A DNA stretch of 60,138 bases, filler included, from Leucoraja ocellata (lineage: Eukaryota): NCBI GenBank assembly GCA_036785375.1. It is 2 parts of 2 records of this genome, joined end to end, with 100 filler letters (N's around TTAATTAATTAA, not from the genome) between each part and the next. Parts side by side here need not be neighbours in the genome. Positions count along the whole stretch, not along the records: positions 30,984 to 60,138 come from JAWMAR010003146.1; 1 more part is not named here. The stretch is one strand, 5' to 3'. Every line of letters begins with the position of its first letter. Positions within the stretch are counted from its first letter, which is position 1. The notes beneath the pieces were generated by a model that was not told where the DNA came from, did no database searches, and worked only from the letters and a program-made list of their open reading frames with translations. Of this stretch, positions 50,753 to 60,138 are shown one piece after another. Made by a program: the position numbers and the translations under genes.

Positions 50753-52001
50753 TACAAATATTCACATCATGTTGGTAAAAAGAGTGGAGCAGAAGGGAAG
50801 TACTGGTCAGATAACATCATAGAAACATAGAAAATAGGTACAGGAGGAGGCCATTCGGCCCTTCGAGCCAGCACCGCCATTCATTGTGATCATGGCTGAT
50901 CGTCCCCTATCAATAACCCGTGCCTGCCTTCTCCCCATATCCATTGACTCCACCAGCCCCTAGAGCTCTATCTAACACTCTTAAATCCATCCAGTGACTT
51001 GGCCTCCACTGCCCTCTGTGGCAGGGAATTCCATAAATTCACAACATCAAACTATGCAAACCACTGCAACATTCACAGTTAGACCATCTCCAAACTTAAC
51101 TCAACATCACTGATAATTTCCAATCAATCCCCTTTAATTCTTTTGATAAATGAATACAGTATATAGATTGTTTACTTAGTTGATCATTGCAAAGACAATA
51201 AATATTAGTGTCCCATTCTCCGCTTGGCTTGTACGCGGAATACTTTCACAAAAGATTTGCAAGAGGTCAACTTTGTGGTGGCAATGTGGGCCATCGTACC
51301 TCTGGCTAACGTGGATACTCTGAGTCGTACAGAGCTCCCACCTGGCTGTATGCAGCCATGTTGAGTCAGAGGGTGGTGAACTACATTGCCTCGGAAGGCT
51401 GTGGAGGCCAAGTCAATGGATATGTTTAAGGCAGAGATGGATAGAGTCTTGATTAGTACGGGTGTCGGGGGTTATGGGGAGAAGGCAGGAGAATGGGGTT
51501 AGGAGGGAGAGATAGATCGGCCGTCATGGAATGGCGAAGTAGACTTGATGGGCCGAATGGCCTAATGTTGCTCCTCTCACGTATGAACTCATGTCTGTCT
51601 CACAAGTTAGGGTGATAGAGTCATCACTTTGGCCCAACGTACCCATGCCGACTAAGATGCCTCATCTAGGGGGATCTTGGCCGGCATAGACAATTTGACC
51701 CATGCTGACCTGCCTGCTTTTGGCCCATATCCCTCTAAACCAGTGTCACCTTGCCACATTTGGCTCAGATCCCTCTACATCCAGCTGTGATGCTTTAGGT
51801 CACCTGCAACAGTGCTTGGAGCATAGCTTCTCTATCATTGGCATGAGCACCATTCAGCTGCTGTGTCTTGCTCTGTGAGCCTCAACTGTTTCTGGCATGT
51901 GTGGGAAGGAACTTGCGTGTGCTGGTTTAAACCGAAGATGGACACAAAATGCTGGAGTAACTCGGCGGGACAGGCAGCATCTCTGGAGAGAAGGAATGGG
52001 T

Positions 52002-52029
52002 GACGTTTCGGGTCGAGACCCTTCTTCAG
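52002..52029 (-). ncRNA. Minimal type I hammerhead-ribozyme motif within a PLE-derived repeat (51900-52033)
   Basis: Minus strand reads CTGAAGA-A-GGGT CTCG ACCC-GAAAC-GTC; intact core and GUC cleavage triplet. Confidence 0.65.
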
Positions 52030-52427
52030 ACTGTTGATAGAACCTAGATTTTTGAAGAAGGGTTTTATTTCCAGAAACTTGAGACGTTGTTTTGATTTGA
52101 GTTAAACTATGTGACGTATACTATGAGCCCAGTTCTCTAAAAATCATGAAATATTACCTGAAATTTGGCAAATGTTTGTTTTACTAATTGAGTGCATGCA
52201 TCAATATTTTGAGGTTGGATGTAAGTGATGGATGTGTGATTCTTTTTTCAGTTTGTCAGATCTTTAGGTTGTCTACTCTGTTGGTGGGTGGGGTGGGGGG
52301 GGAACATGAACTATATATTACGGCTTTGAGAGGAAACATTCATTAGATTTAACGGAGGTTAGACTGCAGGTATTGTAATCTGGAGCAAAAAAACAAACTG
52401 CACCAATCTCTCCCTCAATGTCAGTAA

Positions 52428-52716
52428 AATAGACAATAGATAATAGGTGCAGGAGCAGGCTATTTGGCCCTTCGAGCCAGCACCACCATTCAATGTGATC
52501 ATGGCTGATCATCCCCAATCAGTACCCCGTTCCTGCCTTCTCCCCATATCCCCTGACTCCGCTATTTTTAAGAGCCTTATCTAGCTCTCCCTTGAAAGCA
52601 TCCAGAGAACCTGCCTCCACCGCCCTCTGAGGGAGAGAATTCCACAGACTCACCACTCTCTGTGAGAAAAAGTGTTTCCTCGTCTCCGTTCTAAATGGCT
52701 TACTCCTTATTCTTAA
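52428..52716 (-). mobile_element. CR1 3' fragment; similar short CR1 ends at about 11995-12210, 31885-32085, 50817-51045, 51360-51590, 57903-58080 and 59776-59875
   Basis: Conserved CR1 3'UTR GGCC.TTCGGCCCTTCGAGCC.GCACCGCCATTCAAT and 8-bp tail repeats. Confidence 0.8.
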
Positions 52717-54659
52717 TGAAGTGGGGTGGCTATATCAACGGTGCTGAAGCGTTGATGGTTGAGAGCGTCAGGTTCCTCGGCATAAATCCCGCCAACAATT
52801 GATCCTCATCCAGACACCTTGAAGCTGGAGCCAGGAAGGCAGGACAATGCCTTTAGCCTCGGAAGGCTAAGGAAGTTCGGCATGCCACCTCTCCCTCCTA
52901 CTAATTTCTACAGATGCACCATAGAAGGCATCTAGTCAGGATGCAGGTAGACAAAAATGCTGGAGAAACTCAGCAGTTGTGGCAGCATCTATCAGGATGC
53001 AGCACAGCTTTGCCCAACACTGCACTGAACTGCAGACAGTTGTGAATCATGTAGACCTCCCCCGACTCTCAGTCTGAAGAAGGGTCTCGATCCAAAGAAG
53101 GATCTCAACCCAAAACATCACCCATTCCTTCTCTCCAGAGATGCTGCCTGTCCCACCGAGTTACTCCAGCATTTTGAGTCTAGTACTAACTTTTATTCTT
53201 GTATTTTATACTTGTCTTATTTTATTTTAGCATGTTTTTATTTTCTATTCTTTTTAGTGACTGTTTGTAATTGCTTTTGATTGCTCTTTAATGCTTTGTG
53301 TAAAGCACTTTGAATTGCCTTGTTGTTGAAATGTGTTATATAAATAAACTTGCCTGCTATCTTCGGTGTAAACCAGCATCTACAGTTCTTTCTTACACAT
53401 AGACCAGCCCCTGTTAACTCCTTCTATACTTCCAGTTGATCTCTCAGTCTGCCTTGTTTTGGCCCTTGCACTTTTCATGTATCTGCAGTTCCTCTGTTGC
53501 TGTTACACTATTCTCCACTCTGTTTATTTTCTCTTTTGCACTACCTGAGGTACTCGTGTCTGCCGTGAATCGCTTGGATAGCACACATCAATGTCTCTTG
53601 CTACACACAAGAATTAACAAACACCAATATTCTTATGAGTGACACACATTCTAGATCGGGTTGAGAGCTGCTTACTTATGGTAATAAAATATCAGTGGTG
53701 AAAAGTTCTGCTCCTCTCCCAACTTATAAATTGAGTAGCTTATGTTCCATTTTAAGGACAGTATCACTAATAACTTTGTGCTACAAACTTCACAAGTTAT
53801 GTTCAACTCACAACCTTTTATCCTTTGATGTAAGTGCTGGCGTTTGTGGACAGAAACTTTATTTTTCTTTTTGCAATCATTTGCAGAGGTATAAGAAGAA
53901 AGAACAGCTTGGTTGACTTTACTGTTGTGTGTGTAATAGTGTGCATTCTCTTTCACTATACTTTATAATATATGTTCCCTTTCAGCTAATAAAATATTAA
54001 TCTGAATTGACATTGGAAGAAGTTGTATCAAATTTAATTTCACATTGGTCATGCAAAATTCTATTTAATGTAGAAAATAATATGAACATCTGCAGTTCCA
54101 GATACAAACATATCACATTTAGAAATTTGAACACTCCACACAACTGCTTAAAAAAATGAATTTTCATTTTTGCGCCATTTCAAGTGATTTTGTTTATTTG
54201 ATCTTTTTGATTGATTTGAAATATTTTAAGTTTATAAATTATTAGAGTGTTAGATTATTAAATTGTTAAATAGCTTGAAATGCAGAAATAGTTACATAGT
54301 TTTGAAAAATAATAATACAAAATCAATTGATTTAACAAAAGATAGCATTTGTATATCGTTACAAATTGATACAGTAACTGAGCAGTGTATCCTGTAGCTG
54401 CGGAAAGCTAGACTGTACGAAAGATATTTTTGGACAAGCTATGTTTGGAGTATTACATGGTGGTTTGGTCACCCTATTACAGGAAGGATGTGGAGGCTTT
54501 GGAGAGGGTGTAGAAGGTGGTTTGAGGGGAGAAATATATACAATTTTGAGAGGCATCAATAGAATATTCAGGCAGAACCTTTTTCCCAGGGTAGTCACGG
54601 CTTTACGGCCAACGAGATGTGTGACAACTTTACCACAATCCACCACAGTCCCCAAGAAT

Positions 54660-54839
54660 CTCTGCGTAGGAAGGAACTGCGGATGCTGGTTTAAACCGAA
54701 GATAGACACAAAATGCTGGAGTAACTCAGCGGGACAGGCAGCATCTCTGGAGAGAAGGAACGGGTGATGTTTCATCAGTTTCGACCCAAAACGTCACCCA
54801 TTCCTTCTCTCCAGAGACGCTGCCTGTCCCGCTGAGGTA
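54660..54839. mobile_element. Head-to-head PLE-derived hairpin element, TSD CCCCAAGAAT
   Basis: Inverted arms of the pLTR repeat; direct repeat at 54650-54659 and 54840-54849. Confidence 0.75.
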
Positions 54840-55045
54840 CCCCAAGAATTTATGTTATCTTTGGTGGTGGATATAATCCTAGCACACGCTGGAGTGGCTA
54901 AGTCTTTATCCTGTTGCAGCATCCCTGTGTTCATTAAGTAATGAACCCTGCACATCCATGTTACAGCCATTTCAAACATGTTACATATGTCATTATACTG
55001 GATGTGTCGACTTTCGATTTAAACCAGCATCTACAGTCCTTTCTA

Positions 55046-55271
55046 AGCCCCTGTCCCACTTAGGAAACCTGAAGGGAAACCTCTGGAGACTTTGCGCCCC
55101 ACCCAAGGTTTCCGTGCGGTTCCCGGAGGTTTCAGGTGGTTGCCGGAGGTTGCAGGTGGTGGAAGCAGGTAAGGAGACTGACAAAAACCTCCGGGAACCG
55201 CACGGAAACCTTGGGTGGGGCGCAAAGTCTCCAGAGGTTTCCGTTCAGGTTTCCTAAGTGGGACAGGGGCT
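55046..55271. mobile_element. MITE with near-perfect TIRs of about 85 bp starting AGCCCCTGTCCCAC
   Basis: Arms 55046-55132 and 55185-55271 are reverse complements with about one mismatch; short spacer. Confidence 0.88.
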
Positions 55272-56218
55272 ATTATACTATCGTTTGATTTATCCTTTAC
55301 TGTAATTATCTTTAATTATTTTGTTATTTGTATAGGTTCAAGACTGCAACCCTTTTTTTGTTCGTGAATCTACACAATTGGATTTATTTTTAGTTTCTGT
55401 GTGCTGGATTGCTGTTGATACAGTGTTACTGTAAATCAGATGTCAAAAATGGGAACGAAAGTTGTTGAATATTTCAACAGAAAATACTCTCCCATCCCCC
55501 CCCTCCCCCCAAAAAAATACTTTTCATTTAAAAAAAAAATCAGAAGATCCATAGTCTACTTTTTCAAGTATATGTCTAAATCATTGTGCTGCTGCAAGTA
55601 AGAATTTAAGCGTTCTATCTGGGATATATGACACTAAAACACTCTCGACTCTTGACCAAGCTTCATTGCTTATAAAGAGGTCGCTGTAAGTTTGTGTAAC
55701 AGGGGATGTGCACTCGATAATTCCCTCTCTGGGACACTTGCCTACAAAGCTATTTTGACTATTGAATTACAAACAAAAGTAGTGGAAAGAAAGAAATGCT
55801 GCCAGCACTGGAGATGTGGAATAATGCAGGTGATAACAGCATGAAAGATTTAAATTAATGCCAACCATAGGTCTTCCTCAAAGAAGGTCCACAAGTAGCA
55901 GAATGTTTTTTTTTCATGTATCCTCGAGATTGGGCTACTGTCTACAGCCATCTATATTTTGATGCACCAATTTATTTGGTATACAAAAATGCTGGAGAAA
56001 CTCAGAGGGTGAGGCAGCATCTATGGAGCAAAGGAATAGGCGCCTATTTCCTTCGCTCCATAGATGCTGCCTCACCCGCTGAGTTTCTCCAGCATTTTTG
56101 TGTACCTTCGATTTTTCCAGCACCTGCAATTCATTTGGAACAGCTTTGCTTAATGGTTTTATTGTGATTGGTGCAGTTTGCGACGTGGCTGCAGCAAGTA
56201 TTCGGAGCTCAGCCCTCA

Positions 56219-56472
56219 CTAGACGCGTTGGCAGACCCGTAGCCTCGAGTTGCCTTGAGACGAGTCTTCGTTCTGGTGGCGGCAGGCCAAGCCTGGTCCG
56301 CAGGCACACCGCTGGAAGATCTCTGGCCCCTGAGGGCCATCCTTCCTCCCTCGTTTCGAGCAGACCTGGCCTTCTTTCAGGACAGGCCGGCAGATCTTCG
56401 ACCAGAAGTGACGGGCGCAACACAGTCCAGCGGAACAATCTGAAGTTCGCAGGCACGTCTCCCCTTCCAGAC
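56219..56472 (-). CDS. DKK4: Dickkopf-4, last exon (Cys-rich domain 2, colipase fold)
   Basis: ccttgcag acceptor, phase 1. Translation [65 protein letters not shown]...RLRVCQRV*. The RGxKDxxQxPEIFQRCxCGPGL segment is DKK4-like rather than DKK1/2-like, and the gene converges on POLB as in mammals. Upstream exons not found in the window. Confidence 0.88.
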
Positions 56473-56561
56473 CTGCAAGGTGAAGAGTATTTATGAGCAA
56501 GGACATTTGCTCAGCTTATATCATTAAATCTCCATATACACAGCTTGCACGAGCACATATT

Positions 56562-56842
56562 TCAAAGTCAAAGTCAACTTTATTCGTCACGTACACATAT
56601 GAGATGTGCAGTGAAATTAAAAGTGGCAATGCTCGCGGACTTTGTGCAAAAAAAACTGCAAAACAGAATGGAATAGAATCACATATTCACATATTGCATA
56701 TTTGTGGGAGGAATAAAAGAAAAAAAACAGCAATTTAAAAAAGTCACCACACAACAGTTCAGTAAAGTTAGTCCCTGGAGAGATAAGTTTACAGTCCTAA
56801 TGGCCTCTGGGAACAAACTCCTTCTCATCCTCTCCGTTTTCA
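56562..56842 (-). mobile_element. Rex1/Babar LINE 3' end in a DKK4 intron
   Basis: TERMRRSLFPEAIR motif on the - strand; (TTTGAC)n tail. Confidence 0.6.
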
Positions 56843-57198
56843 GCATTTGCCTGCAGGATGTTCCATCACACAGCTAGCAATTGGTTACCACAGTTTAGTT
56901 TGCCCACACTGAACAAGAAGGGTCTCGACCCGAAACGTCGCCAATTCCTTCGCTCCTAGGCCCTGCCTCACCAGCTGAGTTTTTCCAGCATTTTTGTCGA
57001 CCTTCAGAGAGATTGCATTCATCGAAACAGGTGTAGGTTGCAATCAATCTGGCGTCAACAATCAAATAGAACAACTTGTCCTACAACATTAGGCTGTGCA
57101 CGCCATACGCAAGAAGAAGAGGTCTACCTTTGATTTTTCCAGCATCTGCAGTTCTATCTTCTACGGTCTGGAGAAGACTGGTCTGTACAGCAATATGT

Positions 57199-57357
57199 TT
57201 AAGAAGGAACTGTGCAGATGCTGGAAAATCGAAGGTAGACAAAAATGCTGGAGAAACTCAGCGGGTGCAGCAGCATCTATGGAACGAAGGAGCATCTATT
57301 TCCTTTGCTCCATAGATGCTGCTGCACCCGCTGAGTTTCTCCAGCATTTTTGTGTAC
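57199..57357. mobile_element. Head-to-head PLE-derived hairpin element, 16-bp TSD CTGTACAGCAATATGT
   Basis: Direct repeat at 57183-57198 and 57358-57373; inverted arms. Confidence 0.82.
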
Positions 57358-59086
57358 CTGTACAGCAATATGTCTGGAGAAGGGTTTCGGCCTGAAAAGT
57401 CGCCTATTTCCTTCGCTCCATAGATGCTGCCTCACCCGCTGAGTTTCTCCAGCATTTTTGTCTACCTTCGATTTTCCAGCATCTGCAGTTCTTTCTTAAA
57501 CACTCTCTGGACTGGTTTGATTTCACTGAATTTTTATTTTATCTGTGTATTGAGTTAGCATTAATTTCAGGGATTTAACTATCATCCTTGTCATAAACAG
57601 TAACCAGGAAACAATATTCTTCCTTTTTATATTATAGCCCATAATTTAAAAATGCAATCTAATTGACAAGACAAGATTTATTCAGACATAATCTTTGGGA
57701 GCCCAGTCACAAACTTAAAATCAGAAATCTTATTGTTATAAAATTGTTGATTTCACAAATTGATTCATCCAGTTTCAATTTGGTTTACTGTCACGTGTAC
57801 CGAGGTACAGTGAAAAGCTTTTGTTGCGTGCTAACCACTCAGCGGAAAGGCAGTACATAATTGCAATCCAGCCATTCACAGTGTACATACATGATTAGGG
57901 TAAGGCTATATTTACGAGGGAGTTAGATGTGGCCCTTGTGGCTAAAGGGATCAGGGGGTATGGAGAGAAGGCAAGTACAGGATACTGAGTTGGATGATCA
58001 GCCATGATCATATTGAATGGCGGTGCAGGCTCGAAGGGCCGAATGGCCTCTACTCCTGCACCTATTTTCTATGTTTCTATCTAAGGGAATAATATTCAGT
58101 GTTTCTCCCGCTCATTGGATATCTAACAGAATAATGATTAGGAAGTGATGTAAGTAAATGAATGTAGTTTGCAGTTAATGATATTTGCAGTGCAAAGATT
58201 AGTACAATAACAGTTAAAACTAGAAAGAAGGGTCTCGACCCGAAACATAACCATTCCATGTTATGCAGGGCTGTGCAGGAAGGAACTGCAGATGCTGCTT
58301 TAAGCCGAAGATAGACACGAAAAGCTGGAGTAACTCAGCGGGACAGGCAGCGTCTCTGGAGAGAAGGAATGGGTGACATTTCAGGGACCCAAAACGTCAC
58401 CCATTCCTTGTCTCCAGAGATGCTGCTTGTCCCGCTGAGCTTCCTCCAGCTTTTTGTGTCTTTCTCCAGCGATGCTGCCTGACCCAAGTTATGCATCAAC
58501 CAGCATCTGCAGCTCCTCGTTTCCACATCTGGAAAGAAAGGTAGCAGATTTCCTTTTTTCTCTCCTTCTATTCCCTCTCTGTAAATGCATACAGTGTTCC
58601 CACCACTTAAAGCTCCGTAGGCAAATTCCCACAGCATTTAATCTGATTATCTTGAGAACAGGGTCGACTCCTGTGCAGTGAGGCTAATATAAAGAATATG
58701 ACAATACCAAGCCCTGTAATTTAACATGTCGGGTCACAATTAGAAGCTCTACCACACTCTTAAAAACTAAACTCTCCACATATTTAATAAGTTATAAACA
58801 TATGGAATTGATTCACTGGATGCATTTTTTAAGTTGCCATTAGGGCACTCACTCACTACAAGGTGGTAAAGAAATGTTTTGCTGTAATTTCCCGAGTCAT
58901 ATTTATAAATGAGGGGAAGAGCAGGAGGACTCTTAATTCAGTAATTACAGCTTTCTTTAGTTCCCCTCCTGAATGTGTTGGCACTGACGCCCAATGTCCC
59001 ATTAAATCCTCAACCAAATCCTGCACTCTTTAGATGTGGGCTTTGTGAATTAGTAGAGGATCCATATCCAATTCCTGCATGGCTGA

Positions 59087-59330
59087 AGGTACACAAAAAA
59101 GCTGGAGAAACTCAGCGGGTGCAGCAGCATCTATGGAGCGAAGGAAATAGGCAACGTTTCGGCCCGAAACCCAGAAGGGTTTCGGCTCGAAACGTTGCCT
59201 ATTTCCAGAAGGATTTCTGCCCGAAACGTTGCCTATTTCCTTCGCTCCATAGATGCTGCTGCACCCGCTGAGTTTCTCCAGCTTTTTTGTGTACCTTCGA
59301 TTCTCCAGCATCTGCAGTTCCTTCTTAAAC
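59087..59330. mobile_element. Head-to-head PLE-derived hairpin element, 13-bp TSD CCTGCATGGCTGA
   Basis: Direct repeat at 59074-59086 and 59331-59343; near-perfect arms of about 75 bp; duplicated partial hammerhead stems in the loop. Confidence 0.85.
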
Positions 59331-59474
59331 CCTGCATGGCTGATATTCTTCCCCCTTCTTTCACAACCTGATACCACAGGGTCAATCACTGACCACAAAT
59401 TGCTGCCTTATTTAATGTCTGACACCCTCCTAGTTTAGACTCAAAAGGCGGGACAAGCAGCATCTGTATTCAGA

Positions 59475-59502
59475 CTGAAGAGGGGTCTCGACCCGAAACG
59501 TC
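59475..59502 (+). ncRNA. Minimal type I hammerhead-ribozyme motif within a PLE-derived repeat (59445-59605)
   Basis: CTGAAGA-G-GGGT CTCG ACCC-GAAAC-GTC. Confidence 0.62.
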
Positions 59503-60138
59503 ACCCATTCCTTCTCTCCAGAGATGCTGCCTGTCCCGCTGAGTTACTCCAGCATTTTGTGTCTATCTTCGGGTTAAACCAGCATCTGCAGTTCCTTCCT
59601 ACACAACCTCCCTAGTTTGTTACCTTCTGATACGAGAGTCATAGAGTCATGAGAACAGGCCCTTCAGCCCAACGTGCCCCATCTACACTTGTCCCTCCTG
59701 CCCATAATGAACTCAACCTATCCTATCCAGGTACCTGTTCAACCTTTCTTTATAGCTGGTACCCTCTAATCAAGGCAGACAATAGACAATAGGTGCAGGA
59801 GTAGGCCATTCGGCCCATCGAGCCAGCACTACCATTCAATATGATCATGGCTGATCATCCACAATCAGTACCCCGGCAGCGCATATAATCGGACATAACT
59901 TTTCTTCAAATTAGTTTTGATTTACACCGCTGAGATTTTGAAGACCTACAACTTGATGAAATTTAACTGAAGTGAGTTTAATTGCAAAAACAATATGGTT
60001 GGTGTAGGTCCAACTCTGAATGATGTAATAGCTTAGTTTAGTTTAGAGATACAGCGTAGAAACAGGCCCTTCGTCCCAGCAGGTCCGCGCCGACCAGCAA
60101 TTCCCGCACATTAACACTATCCTACACACGCTGGGGAC

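Overview
Repeat-rich vertebrate DNA, almost certainly from a cartilaginous fish (probably a skate or ray). The evidence is the shark-type MHC class I sequence, the HE1/V-SINE-like SINEs and the CR1/HER1-like LINEs. The window is two pieces joined by an artificial 100-bp spacer (44 N + TTAATTAATTAA + 44 N, 30884-30983). Left piece: four or five phase-compatible + strand exons (7426-14098) of a gene I cannot identify; a dense nest of retroelements (L2, Neptune-type Penelope, an invertebrate-like CR1 interrupted by a young Rex1/Babar, a chromovirus Gypsy fragment); and the 3' half of an MHC class I heavy-chain gene on the - strand (alpha3, TM, two cytoplasmic exons, 3'UTR exon) in GC-rich, minisatellite-filled DNA. 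Right piece: the last three exons of POLB (+) and the last exon of DKK4 (-), convergent as in mammals, plus Tc1, Vingi, MITEs, SINEs and CR1 fragments. The most interesting non-genic signal is a family of short Penelope-derived repeats carrying a minimal hammerhead-ribozyme core. Many are head-to-head hairpins, and several are flanked by 10-16 bp target-site duplications. All assignments are from motif recognition by eye; no database search was run, and TE boundaries are approximate unless a TSD is quoted.
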